This document shows positions 41,441 through 50,917 of a stretch of DNA of 64,000 bases, piece after piece. The notes under the pieces are model-generated. The model did not search any database and was not told where the DNA came from. It saw only the letters and a list, made by a program, of their open reading frames with translations. The translations under genes and the position numbers were made by a program. Source of the DNA: Pseudomonadota bacterium (GTDB taxonomy: Bacteria > Pseudomonadota > Alphaproteobacteria > Caulobacterales > Caulobacteraceae); NCBI GenBank assembly GCA_046725615.1, contig JBKOYY010000004.1:9389-73388 (forward strand), read 5' to 3'. The first letter of the stretch is position 1; each line of letters opens with the position of its first letter.

Positions 41441-42607
41441 TCAGGCTCGGGCGACGGCCCGGTAGGCGTCCAGGCCACGCCGGAGATCGGCGATGAGGTC
41501 GTCGGTGTCTTCGAGACCGACGTGCAGCCGCACCAGCGGGCCGGCATAGCCCTTCGGAAAGCGCCGGGGCTTGAGCTGCGGGTCGCACGAGATGGCGAGG
41601 CTTTCGAAACCACCCCAGGAGAAGCCCAGGCCGAAGACTTCGAGGGCGTCGAGGAAGGCGTCGACCGCCGCCTCGGGCGCCGGCTTCAGGGCGAAGGCGA
41701 AGAGGCCGCAGGTCCCCGAGAAGTCGCGCGCCCAGATCTCGTATCCCGCGCAACCGGGCAGGGCGGGATGATAGAGGGCCGCCACCTCCGGCTGGTCCCG
41801 CAGCCAGGAAGCGACGTCGAGCCCGCTGGCGCCCTGGCGCTCCATCCGCAGCGGCAGTGTGCGCAGGCCGCGCAGGATGGCATAGGCGTCCTCGCCGCTC
41901 ACCGCCCAGCCCATGTGGTTGATTCCGTCCGCCAGCTTGCGGACGACCGCCGGGTCGCGGGCGGCGGCCGAGCCCATGAAGACGTCCGAATGGCCGCCGA
42001 CGTATTTCGTCAGCGCCTGGATCGAGACGTCGACGCCGTGGTCAAGCGGGCGGAACAGCAGGCCGGCCGCCCAGGTGTTGTCGATGGCGGTCAGGATGCC
42101 TCGGGCCCGCGCCAAGGCTGCGATCGCTGGAACGTCCTGCATTTCGAAGGAGAGCGAGCCGGGGCTCTCCATCAGGATCATTCGCACCTTGTCCGATGCG
42201 CTTCCGACCAGCGCTCCGGGATCCGTGGCCGGATCGTAGTAGGTCACCGCAACGCCGAACCGCCTCAGCACGCTGTCGCAGAACCGCCGCACAGGCTTGT
42301 AGACGCTATCGACCACCAGCACTTCGTCGCCGGCGCTGAGCAGGGCGAGCATGGCCCCAGAGATCGCGGCTATGCCCGATGGATAGAGCGTCACCCCCGC
42401 GGCGTGCTCCAAAGTCATCAGGGCATCCCGGAGGCAGTCCTGAGCGGCCAGTCCGGCGCGCCCATAAGTCAAGTGGTTGGCGTCGTCGTAGAGCGCCGCG
42501 GCAGTGGGCAGCAGAACCGTCGAGCCCTTCTGGATTGGCGGGCCCACGGTCCGGGCGAGGGGTTCGCCGACCTTGCCGGCGTGGATCAGGCGGGTCTCGT
42601 CGGACAT
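41441..42607 (-). CDS. metC: Cystathionine beta-lyase
   Basis: PPIQKGSTVL, YGRAG, ESPGSLSFE, DNTWA, TKYVGGHSD, FSWGGFESL, LHVGLED. Confidence 0.93.
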   Translation of the reverse strand: MSDETRLIHAGKVGEPLARTVGPPIQKGSTVLLPTAAALYDDANHLTYGRAGLAAQDCLRDALMTLEHAAGVTLYPSGIAAISGAMLALLSAGDEVLVVDSVYKPVRRFCDSVLRRFGVAVTYYDPATDPGALVGSASDKVRMILMESPGSLSFEMQDVPAIAALARARGILTAIDNTWAAGLLFRPLDHGVDVSIQALTKYVGGHSDVFMGSAAARDPAVVRKLADGINHMGWAVSGEDAYAILRGLRTLPLRMERQGASGLDVASWLRDQPEVAALYHPALPGCAGYEIWARDFSGTCGLFAFALKPAPEAAVDAFLDALEVFGLGFSWGGFESLAISCDPQLKPRRFPKGYAGPLVRLHVGLEDTDDLIADLRRGLDAYRAVARA

Positions 42608-42689
42608 GCGGGGTTGCGGGTCACTGCGACGCTGGCGAAAGTGCCACGGGCACTTAGAGCCCCAGGCAGGCCTTCATCAAGGAGCAGGG

Positions 42690-43787
42690 ATGATCCGGCG
42701 CCTCTCGGCGGTAGCGGTCGTGGCTATGGCCCTCGCGGGCTGCAGCGGCCCCCGGCCCGCCGAACAGGCGCCGGCGCCAAAGGTCGAGGCCCCGGCCGCC
42801 GCGCCCACCGGCTACGCACCCGCCCGCAGCCCCACCCTGGAGAAGATCCGCGCGCGCGGGTACCTGAAGTGCGGCGTCCATCCGGGCCTTCCTGGCTTCG
42901 CGCTGCGCGACGCGCGCGGAGAGTGGCGGGGGTTCGACGTCGACATCTGCCGGGCCGTGGCCGCCGCCACCCTGGGCGATGCCGGCAAGGTGCGTTTCAC
43001 GACGATCGGGGGACCGGACCGCTTCGGCGCACTGCAGCGGGGCGAGATCGACATCCTGTCGCGCAACACGTCGCAGACCTTCGCGCGCGACGCGGGGCTG
43101 GGGCTCACTTTTCCGGTGACCACCTATTTCGACGGCCAGGGGTTCCTCGTCTCGCGTTCTCTGGGGTTGGCGAGCGCGGAGGAGCTTTCGGGCGCCCGGG
43201 TCTGCGTGCAGGAGGGGACCGCCAGCGCCGACAGTCTCGACGACTATTTCAGGGTCCGGGGCATGCGCTACCAGGCCGTCAAGGCGAAGTCGGAAGAGCA
43301 GGCGCGCCAGCTCTACGAGAGCGAAGCCTGCGACGTGTTCACCGCCGACGTCTCGGCGCTGGCGGCGTCGCGCTCGCTGCTGGGGGCGCCGGCCTCCCAC
43401 GTCATTCTGCCGGAGGTGATCTCGAAGGAACCTTTGGGGCCGGTCGTGCGGGACAACGACCCAGCCTGGGCCGATATCGTGCGGTGGACCTTCTTCGCGA
43501 CTGTGCTGGGCGAGGAACTGGGCCTGTCATCGGCGACGGTGGAGCAGACGCGCGAGACGGCCACCGACCCCGAGACCCGCCGGCTGCTCGGCGTGGAAGA
43601 CGACCTGGGCGCTCTGCTTGGCCTCAAGGCGGACTGGGGCTACCAGGTTATCCGGCAGGTGGGGGCCTATCACGAGATCTTCCGACGCGACCTGGGCGCC
43701 GACTCCGCCCTGCGTCTCGACCGCGGGCTCAACGCCCTCTGGACCGCGCCCAAGCCCGGATTGATGTACGCGCCGCCGATGCGCTGA
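42690..43787 (+). CDS. aapJ: Amino acid ABC transporter substrate-binding lipoprotein (AapJ/BztA-like)
   Basis: Lipobox LAGC; GFDVDICRAVAAA, RF.ALQ.GEID.L.RNT, YFDGQGF, ISKEPLGP, RGLNALW, GLMYAPP. Confidence 0.88.
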   Translation: MIRRLSAVAVVAMALAGCSGPRPAEQAPAPKVEAPAAAPTGYAPARSPTLEKIRARGYLKCGVHPGLPGFALRDARGEWRGFDVDICRAVAAATLGDAGKVRFTTIGGPDRFGALQRGEIDILSRNTSQTFARDAGLGLTFPVTTYFDGQGFLVSRSLGLASAEELSGARVCVQEGTASADSLDDYFRVRGMRYQAVKAKSEEQARQLYESEACDVFTADVSALAASRSLLGAPASHVILPEVISKEPLGPVVRDNDPAWADIVRWTFFATVLGEELGLSSATVEQTRETATDPETRRLLGVEDDLGALLGLKADWGYQVIRQVGAYHEIFRRDLGADSALRLDRGLNALWTAPKPGLMYAPPMR

Positions 43788-43790
43788 GTC

Positions 43791-44288
43791 TCAGATGTCC
43801 ATCACCATGGCGCACCGGTCGGGCAGCCCCCTGGCCGCCTCGTCGCTGAGCGCTTGGCCGATAGACGCCGGCGCGTCGGTCGCAGGCCACTCCCGGAAGC
43901 CGAACGACGCGTAGAATGGCCCGTTCCAGGCAATCGTGCGGAACGTCGTGAGGCTGAGACGTCTGAGGCCGCGGGCGCGGGCCCAGGCGGCGGCCTCGGA
44001 GAGCAGCCGGCGACCGTAGCCACGGCCCTGGTGCGCCAGCGCTACGTCCAGTTCGTCGATGTGAAGCCGCTCGCCCTCGACTCGCGCGGCGAGGTACCCG
44101 ACGGGCGTCCTGTCGACCTCTGCGATCCACAGGGTCCCTGCGTGAAGATGGGGTCGCCAGGCGTCGGGCGGGGCGGAGTCGGTGAGCAGAAACGCCGGCA
44201 TCTCGGTCCCGGCGAACGCCTGGGCGGCCGACAGTTCGATTTCAGCGAGGTGGGGGAGGTCGGCCTCTTGGGCGGGGCGAATCCGGAT
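43791..44288 (-). CDS. GNAT family N-acetyltransferase; true start probably upstream of ATG 44201 and non-canonical
   Basis: LHIDELDV..AHQGRGYGRRLL, LTTFR, WNGPFYASFGF; the open frame upstream of 44201 encodes IRIRPAQEADLPHLAEIELSAAQAF. Confidence 0.85.
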   Translation of the reverse strand: MRIRPAQEADLPHLAEIELSAAQAFAGTEMPAFLLTDSAPPDAWRPHLHAGTLWIAEVDRTPVGYLAARVEGERLHIDELDVALAHQGRGYGRRLLSEAAAWARARGLRRLSLTTFRTIAWNGPFYASFGFREWPATDAPASIGQALSDEAARGLPDRCAMVMDI

Positions 44289-44291
44289 GGG

Positions 44292-45128
44292 TCAGGCTCC
44301 GGTGACGACGGGAACGTCCGGGCGCGCACCCCATTCGCTCCAGGATCCGTCATAAACCGCCACGTCAAAGCGACCGAGGCGCGCGAGGCCCAAGGCGAGG
44401 ATCGAGGCCGTCACCCCGGATCCGCAGGTGGTGATGATCGGTCGCTCCAGCGCGACCTCCGCGAACGCGTCTCGAAGTTCGTCAGCTGACTTCAGCGTGC
44501 CGTCGGCGTTGACGATGCGATCGAATGGCAGGTTGAGCGCGCCAGGCATGTGACCGCTGCGCAGGCCCGCACGCGGCTCGGCCGCCTCGCCGCGAAACCG
44601 CGCGGCCGAGCGGGCGTCCACCACCTGGGCGCCGCCGACGGCGAGTTCACGGCGAACCGCTTCGAGGTCGGAGACCAGCTCGGGGCGATAGGAGGCGTCG
44701 ACGGAAACCCGCGACTGGGAAGGCTCAGCCGTTTCGACCGGAAGGCCCTCGGCCCTCCAGGCCTTCAGCCCCCCGTCCAGCACGAACACCTTCGGGTAGG
44801 CCATAACCCGCAGCGTCCACCACACGCGCGGTGCGGAATAGATGCCGTGGGCGTCGTAGACGACGATCGTGGAGTCGCGTGAGAGGCCCAGGTCGCCGGC
44901 CGCCGCCGCAAATGCCTCTGGCGTCGGCAGCATATGCGGAAGGTCTGTCGAAGTGTCGGCGATGGCGTTGATGTCGAAGAACACCGCACCGGGAATGTGG
45001 CCTGCGGCGTAGACGTCACGCCCGTGGCCAGGCTGGCCGACCAGCGGCAAGGTAGCGTCCACCACCCGCACGTCGGCGTCGTTCAGGTGGGCCGCCAGCC
45101 AGCCGGCGGAGACGAGCGGATCGGTCAT
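44292..45128 (-). CDS. sseA: 3-mercaptopyruvate sulfurtransferase (tandem rhodanese)
   Basis: GHIPGAVFFD, LPHMLP, RVWWTL, DARSAARF, GHMPGA, CGSGVTA active-site loop, YDGSWSEWG. Confidence 0.95.
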   Translation of the reverse strand: MTDPLVSAGWLAAHLNDADVRVVDATLPLVGQPGHGRDVYAAGHIPGAVFFDINAIADTSTDLPHMLPTPEAFAAAAGDLGLSRDSTIVVYDAHGIYSAPRVWWTLRVMAYPKVFVLDGGLKAWRAEGLPVETAEPSQSRVSVDASYRPELVSDLEAVRRELAVGGAQVVDARSAARFRGEAAEPRAGLRSGHMPGALNLPFDRIVNADGTLKSADELRDAFAEVALERPIITTCGSGVTASILALGLARLGRFDVAVYDGSWSEWGARPDVPVVTGA

Positions 45129-45130
45129 CG

Positions 45131-46132
45131 CTACTCCAGCCAGGATGGGACGGGCAGGCCCTTATCCCGCAGGAACTCGGGGTTGTAGATCTTGGATTGA
45201 TACCGCTGGCCGTGGTCGCAGAGCATGGTGACGACGGTGTGGCCGGGGCCGAGATCCTTCGCCATGCGGATCGCGCCGGCGACGTTGACGCCGGTTGAGC
45301 CGCCCATAACCAGCCCCTCGAACTCCATGAGATCGAAGATCGCGAGCAGCATCTCCTCGTCGGAGACCCGATAGGCCCGATCGACCTCCAGCCCCTCGAG
45401 GTTGGCTGTGATGCGGCCTTGACCGATGCCTTCGCTGATGGACGAGCCTTCGGAGCCCAACTCGCCCTGGGTGTAGTACCGGAAGAGCGCCGAGCCGTGG
45501 GGGTCGACCATGCCGATCCTGATTTCGGGATTCCGTTCGCGAAGGGCCTGGGCGACGCCGGCGAGCGTGCCGCCGGAACCGACGGCGCTGATGAAGGCAT
45601 CGACCTTGCCGTCGGTCTGCCGCCAGATCTCGGGACCCGTGCCTTCGACGTGCGCCTGGCGATTGGCGACGTTGTCGAACTGGTTGGCCCAGACCGCGCC
45701 GGCCGGCTCGTTTTCCGCAAGCTGTGCCGCCAAGCGTCCGGAATACTTCACGTAATTCATCTCATTGGCGTAGGGGACGGCGTCCACCTCGACCAGTTCG
45801 GCGCCATAAAGCCGTATGGCGTCCTTCTTCTCCTGACTCTGCGTGCGGGGAATGACGATCGTACACTTGTAGCCCAGCGCCTTGCCGACCATGGCGAGGC
45901 CGATGCCCGTATTCCCGGCCGTGCCTTCCACGATCCGACCGCCCGGCCTGAGCAACCCCTTCTTCTCGGCGTCCCGGATGATGTAGAGGGCTGCCCGGTC
46001 CTTCACCGACTGGCCAGGGTTCATGAACTCGGCCTTGGCGAGAATCTCGCACCCGGTCTCCTCGCTGGCGCGCCGAAGCCGGATCAGGGGCGTGTTTCCG
46101 ATGGCGTCCAGGACGCTGCGGGCGATTTCCAT
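45131..46132 (-). CDS. cysK: Cysteine synthase (O-acetylserine sulfhydrylase family)
   Basis: IGNTPL, KAEFMNPGQSVKDR, EGTAGNTGIG, NQFDN, GSGGT, EGIG. Confidence 0.9.
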   Translation of the reverse strand: MEIARSVLDAIGNTPLIRLRRASEETGCEILAKAEFMNPGQSVKDRAALYIIRDAEKKGLLRPGGRIVEGTAGNTGIGLAMVGKALGYKCTIVIPRTQSQEKKDAIRLYGAELVEVDAVPYANEMNYVKYSGRLAAQLAENEPAGAVWANQFDNVANRQAHVEGTGPEIWRQTDGKVDAFISAVGSGGTLAGVAQALRERNPEIRIGMVDPHGSALFRYYTQGELGSEGSSISEGIGQGRITANLEGLEVDRAYRVSDEEMLLAIFDLMEFEGLVMGGSTGVNVAGAIRMAKDLGPGHTVVTMLCDHGQRYQSKIYNPEFLRDKGLPVPSWLE

Positions 46133-46176
46133 GGTCGCCTACTTAGGCAAGCCGGGCGACAAGGAACAGGGGGCGC

Positions 46177-47391
46177 TTACGCTTTGACGAGGCTGAGCTG
46201 GACCACATCGGTCCGTGCGGTGCGGAAGCCTGCCTCGCAGTAGCTGAGATAGAAGCGCCACAGCTTTCGGAACCGCTCATCGAACCCCAGCCCCTTGATC
46301 TCGTCCCAGGCGGCCTCGAACCGCCGGGCCCATTCGGCAAGCGTGTCGGCGTAGCATGCGCCGAAGCGGGATATCGGGCCCCACGTCAGCCCCGCCCTGT
46401 CGGTGACGAGCTTAAGGCGCTCCTCGGAGGGCAGCATGCCGCCCGGGAAGATGTACTTCTGGATGAAGTCGGGCGTGCGCTTGTAATGGGCGAAATACTC
46501 GTCGCGGATGGTGATGATCTGCAGGCCCGCCTGGCCGCCCGGCTTCAGGCTGTCGCGGACCTTGTCGAAATAGGTGGGCCAATACCGCTCGCCGACAGCC
46601 TCGAACATCTCGATCGAGGCGACCCTATCGAAGCGGCCGGTCACATCCCGATAGTCCACGAGTTGAACGTCCGCCTTCTCGTTGAGCCCGAGACGGAACA
46701 TGCGTTCCTTGGCGAACTTGAATTGCTCCTCCGAGATGGTGATCGCGGTCACCCGAGCGCCGACCTCTTTGGCCGCGAACTCGGCGAACCCGCCCCAGCC
46801 GCAGCCGATCTCCAGCACATGGTGGTCGGGGGCCAGACCCATGCTCTCGCAAAGGGTGCGGTACTTGCGCCGCTGGGCGTCCGGCAGGGCCTCGCCGGGG
46901 CGTTCGAACCTGGCCGCGGAATAGGTCATCGTCGGATCCAGCCAGCGCGAATAGAAGGCATTCCCCAGATCGTAGTGGGCGTGGATGTTCTTCTTCGACC
47001 CCGCGCGGCTATTGTCCCGACGGAACGCGTGCTCGATCAGGTTCAGCGCCGCCATGAACGGCGTGCCGAACGAGACCTTCTCGAAGCGGGCGTAGTTCTG
47101 GGCCAGTACCTCCAGCAGGACCGACAGGTCGGGCGTATCCCATTCGCCGGCCATGTAGCCTTCGCCGAAGCCGATGGTGCCGTTGGAGATGGTCCGCTTG
47201 ATAAAGCCGTAATGGTGGACGATCAGCGTCGCCTCCGGGCCCGGCTCGCGGCCTTCCAGTCGAATCCGACGCCCGTCAGGCAGCACGAAGGTCATCACCC
47301 CCGTGTTCCAATTTCGGATGATGGTCTGGGCCGCGGTCCTGAACACGAGCGGCGTCCCAGAGAGGTCCGGCATCTGCGAACCTGCCTTCAT
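46177..47391 (-). CDS. cfa: Cyclopropane-fatty-acyl-phospholipid synthase family methyltransferase
   Basis: NIHAHYDLGNAFY, TMTYS, LEIGCGWG, SIEMFEAVG, YIFPGG, YLSYCEAGF. Confidence 0.88.
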   Translation of the reverse strand: MKAGSQMPDLSGTPLVFRTAAQTIIRNWNTGVMTFVLPDGRRIRLEGREPGPEATLIVHHYGFIKRTISNGTIGFGEGYMAGEWDTPDLSVLLEVLAQNYARFEKVSFGTPFMAALNLIEHAFRRDNSRAGSKKNIHAHYDLGNAFYSRWLDPTMTYSAARFERPGEALPDAQRRKYRTLCESMGLAPDHHVLEIGCGWGGFAEFAAKEVGARVTAITISEEQFKFAKERMFRLGLNEKADVQLVDYRDVTGRFDRVASIEMFEAVGERYWPTYFDKVRDSLKPGGQAGLQIITIRDEYFAHYKRTPDFIQKYIFPGGMLPSEERLKLVTDRAGLTWGPISRFGACYADTLAEWARRFEAAWDEIKGLGFDERFRKLWRFYLSYCEAGFRTARTDVVQLSLVKA

Positions 47392-47550
47392 CAATCGTCC
47401 CCTGTACCCACGCTGAGGATAACACCGACAGCGGGGCGCGCTATCGGCTGAGCCATCGATACGGTCAAGCGGCGAGGTCAGACGCGCAAAGGCGCTTGAG
47501 ATGGCGGCCGCGTCGGGCGACTAGACGCCCACCAAGACGAAGGGAGCCCC

Positions 47551-48408
47551 ATGGCCGTCCTCACCCTCGACCGCTGGAACCTCTCGATCGGCGACGGCCA
47601 GCCCCTGGTCGTGATCGCCGGTCTCAACGTGCTGGAAGACCTGCCCATGGCGCTGAAGGTGGGTCGTCACCTGAAGGCGGTGACAGCGGAGCTGGGCCTG
47701 CCCTATGTCTTCAAGGCCAGCTTCGACAAGGCCAACCGCTCCTCGATCACCAGCTACCGCGGCCCCGGCCTCGCGAAGGGCCTCGAGATGCTGGCCGCCG
47801 TGAAGGCCGAACTGCACGTTCCGATCTGCACCGACCTGCACGAGATCGACCAGGCCGAGCCGGTGGCCGCCGTGGCGGACATCGTACAGATTCCGGCCTT
47901 CCTCTGCCGCCAGACCGACCTGGTCGTCGCGACGGCGCGCGCCACGGCGGCCGCCGGCGGCCTGCTGCACGTGAAGAAGGGCCAGTTCCTGGCGCCCTGG
48001 GATTGCCGCGCCATCGTCGACAAGATCGGCGACGCCACGGACGGGAAGGCGCTGACCATCCTCTGCGAGCGCGGGGTCTCGTTCGGCTACAACAACCTGA
48101 TCGTGGACATGCTGGGCATAGGCCGGATGAAGGACCTCGGCGTGCCGGTGACGATCGACGCCACCCACGCCGTGCAACTGCCCGGCGCCGACCCGCGGGG
48201 CAAAAGCGTCGCGACGGGGGGGCGCCGCGAGGGCGTGCCGGTGATCGCTAAGGCGGCGGTGGCCTCCGGCGCGGACGGGGTGTTCCTGGAGTTCCACCCC
48301 GATCCGGATCGCGCGCTCTGCGATGGACCCAGCGCGCTACCCGTGAGCGATGCGGCGGGGCTTCTGTCGACGCTGAAGGCGATCCGGACGGCCGTTGCCG
48401 GCGCTTGA
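47551..48408 (+). CDS. kdsA: KDO 8-phosphate synthase
   Basis: FKASFDKANRSS, RGPG, QIPAFLCRQTDL, ERGVSFGY, DATHAVQ, CDGPSAL. Confidence 0.93.
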   Translation: MAVLTLDRWNLSIGDGQPLVVIAGLNVLEDLPMALKVGRHLKAVTAELGLPYVFKASFDKANRSSITSYRGPGLAKGLEMLAAVKAELHVPICTDLHEIDQAEPVAAVADIVQIPAFLCRQTDLVVATARATAAAGGLLHVKKGQFLAPWDCRAIVDKIGDATDGKALTILCERGVSFGYNNLIVDMLGIGRMKDLGVPVTIDATHAVQLPGADPRGKSVATGGRREGVPVIAKAAVASGADGVFLEFHPDPDRALCDGPSALPVSDAAGLLSTLKAIRTAVAGA

Positions 48409-48441
48409 CCGCCCCCGCAACGCGTCCCACACGCTAGCCGC

Positions 48442-49917
48442 ATGGATTTGGCCTCACTCCAGAGCCTGCTTGGCGCTCTCGCGGGGAAGCGGGTCGCGTG
48501 CGTCGGCGACCTGATGCTGGACCGCTTCGTCTACGGCTCGGTCAGCCGCGTGTCGCCCGAAGCGCCGATTCCGGTGCTGGCCCGCCAGCGAGAGCTCAAG
48601 ATGCTGGGCGGCGCCGGAAACGTGGCGCGCAACATCGCCGCGCTGGGCGGCTCGGTGGCGCTGGTCGGGGTGATCGGCGGCGACGCCGAAGGTCATGAGG
48701 CCTCGCGCCTGGTCGGCGAGGAGGAGCCGGTGATCGAGGGCTATCTCGTCACGGACGCCAGCCGCCCGACCACCCTGAAGACCCGCTTCGTCTCCGGTGG
48801 CCAGCAGCTGCTGCGGGTCGACCTGGAGGAGAGCCGTCCGGTGAGCGGGGAGGTCGAACAACGACTGATCCGCACGCTTAGGGACGCGGCGCGCGGCGCA
48901 GGGGTGATCCTGATCTCCGACTACGGCAAGGGCGTCGTGACCGACGCGGTGATCGCCGCCGCGCGGGAGGCCGCGGCCGAGTCCGGTGCGCGCGTGATCG
49001 TGGACTCGAAGGCGCGCTCGTTCGCCCGCTACGGTGACATCGACCTCGTGAAGCCCAATGCGGCCGAGCTGTCATACGCCACCGACCTGCCGACCGAGAC
49101 CGATACGGAGGTCGAGAGGGCGATCGCGCGTGCGCTGGATCTCTGGCAAACCAAGGGGGTGCTGGTCACGCGCGCCGCCAAGGGCGTCTCGCTGGGCCTG
49201 CGCGGCGAGCCGGTGCGGCACTTCCGGACCACGCCGCGCGAGGTGTTCGACGCCTCGGGCGCCGGCGACACGGCGCTGGCCGCGCTGGGCCTCTCGCTGG
49301 CGGCGGGTGTCGGCGTCGAGGACGCCATCGCCTTCGCCCAGCTCGCCTCCGGTGTGGCGGTGGGCAAGGCGGGAACCGCGACGGTCAGTCCCGACGAACT
49401 GGTCGAGGCGCTGCTGTCGGCGCACGCGGCCGTGGCGGAGGGCAAGATCGCCACCCCGCAGCGGATGGTCGAAGAGGTGGCCCGCTGGCGGGCCCAGGGG
49501 CTGAAGGTGGGCTTCACGAATGGCTGCTTCGACATCCTGCATCGCGGCCACGTGGCCTACCTCGCCCAGGCGCGCGGCTGGTGCGATCGGCTGATCGTCG
49601 GGCTGAATTCGGACTCGTCGGTCCGGGCGCTGAAGGGTGACGGTCGACCGGTGAACGATCTTGAGAGCCGGGCGCTCGTGCTGGCCGGCCTGCGCAGCGT
49701 CGATCTCGTGGCGCCGTTCGACGAGCTTACGCCTCTGAAGCTGATCGAGGCTGCTCGGCCCGATGTGCTGATCAAGGGCGCGGACTATACCGAGGACCAG
49801 GTGGTCGGGGGCGACCTGGTCAAGTCCTGGGGCGGGGAGGTGCGCCTGGCCGAGATCGTGGACGGCTATTCCACGACGGCCGCCATCGCCCGCATGGCGC
49901 GAAAGGAACAGGCATGA
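48442..49917 (+). CDS. hldE: Bifunctional heptose-7-phosphate kinase / heptose-1-phosphate adenylyltransferase
   Basis: GDLMLD, SPEAP, GGAGNVA, SDYGKG, DASGAGDT; C-terminal FTNGCFDILHRGH and GLNSD. Confidence 0.95.
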   Translation: MDLASLQSLLGALAGKRVACVGDLMLDRFVYGSVSRVSPEAPIPVLARQRELKMLGGAGNVARNIAALGGSVALVGVIGGDAEGHEASRLVGEEEPVIEGYLVTDASRPTTLKTRFVSGGQQLLRVDLEESRPVSGEVEQRLIRTLRDAARGAGVILISDYGKGVVTDAVIAAAREAAAESGARVIVDSKARSFARYGDIDLVKPNAAELSYATDLPTETDTEVERAIARALDLWQTKGVLVTRAAKGVSLGLRGEPVRHFRTTPREVFDASGAGDTALAALGLSLAAGVGVEDAIAFAQLASGVAVGKAGTATVSPDELVEALLSAHAAVAEGKIATPQRMVEEVARWRAQGLKVGFTNGCFDILHRGHVAYLAQARGWCDRLIVGLNSDSSVRALKGDGRPVNDLESRALVLAGLRSVDLVAPFDELTPLKLIEAARPDVLIKGADYTEDQVVGGDLVKSWGGEVRLAEIVDGYSTTAAIARMARKEQA

Positions 49918-50915
49918 CCCGGCGGATCATCTTCGTCACCGGCGGGGCCGGGTTCATCGGCTCGAATATCGTCGCGAAGCTGGCAGAGGATCGCGGGCTA
50001 GACGTGGTCGTCTGCGACCGGCTTCGAGAAGCCGAACTGGGCAAGTGGCGCAATATCGCCAAGCATCCCATCGGCGACTTCGTGGCGCCGGACGCCATGT
50101 TCGACTGGCTGGAGAAGCGCTGGCGCGATATCGAGCTTGTCGTTCACATGGCGGCGGTGTCGTCGACGACCGAGCCCGACGCGGACAAGATCGTCCATTC
50201 CAACTTCACCCTTAGCCGCGACCTCTTTCGCTGGTGCGCCGACCGTCAGCGGCGGCTGGTCTACGCGTCGTCCGCGGCGACGTACGGCGGGGGCGAGCAA
50301 GGGTTCGACGACGACAACGACTACGAGGCCCTGGCGCGGCTCCGTCCGCTGAACACCTACGGCTGGTCCAAGGCGTTCTTCGACCTGTTCGCCGCCCGCC
50401 AGGCGGCGCGGGACTATGCCCCGCCGCAGTGGGTGGGGCTGAAGTTCTTCAACGTCTACGGGCCGAACGAAGAGCACAAACACAGTATGAAATCGGTGGC
50501 CTCGCAGATCTGGCCCCACGTGCGTGACGGCCATGGCGTCCAGCTGTTCAAGAGCTATCGCCCGGACGTGCCGGATGGCGGTCAGAAGCGGGACTTCGTC
50601 TATGTGCGGGACGTGGCCGATGTCACCCGCTGGCTGTTCGAGAACCCGCAGGTGAATGGCATCTACAACCTGGGCTCGGGTCAGGCGCGGACCTTCGAGG
50701 ACATGGCCCGGCAGGTCTTCGCCGCCGCCGGCAAGACCGCGCAGATCGACTACACGCCCATGCCGCCGGCGATCCGCGACAAGTACCAGTACTTCACCGA
50801 GGCCCGGATGGAGCGGCTGGTTCAGGCGGGCTACGCGGCGCCGATGACCAGCCTGGAGGAGGGGATCGGCGACTACGTGGGCCGTTACCTCAGCCAGCCG
50901 GACCCGTACCGCTGA
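49914..50915 (+). CDS. hldD: ADP-L-glycero-D-manno-heptose 6-epimerase
   Basis: VTGGAGFIGSN, SSTTE, YASSAATYG, PLNTYGWSK, FFNVYGPNE, RDFVYV, KYQYFT. Confidence 0.95.
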   Translation: MTRRIIFVTGGAGFIGSNIVAKLAEDRGLDVVVCDRLREAELGKWRNIAKHPIGDFVAPDAMFDWLEKRWRDIELVVHMAAVSSTTEPDADKIVHSNFTLSRDLFRWCADRQRRLVYASSAATYGGGEQGFDDDNDYEALARLRPLNTYGWSKAFFDLFAARQAARDYAPPQWVGLKFFNVYGPNEEHKHSMKSVASQIWPHVRDGHGVQLFKSYRPDVPDGGQKRDFVYVRDVADVTRWLFENPQVNGIYNLGSGQARTFEDMARQVFAAAGKTAQIDYTPMPPAIRDKYQYFTEARMERLVQAGYAAPMTSLEEGIGDYVGRYLSQPDPYR

Positions 50916-50917
50916 CG

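Noticed and set aside
44292-44294. Selenocysteine reading of the sseA UGA
   Set aside because: The codon is at the normal C-terminus, not at the catalytic Cys, and no convincing SECIS hairpin or sel genes were seen
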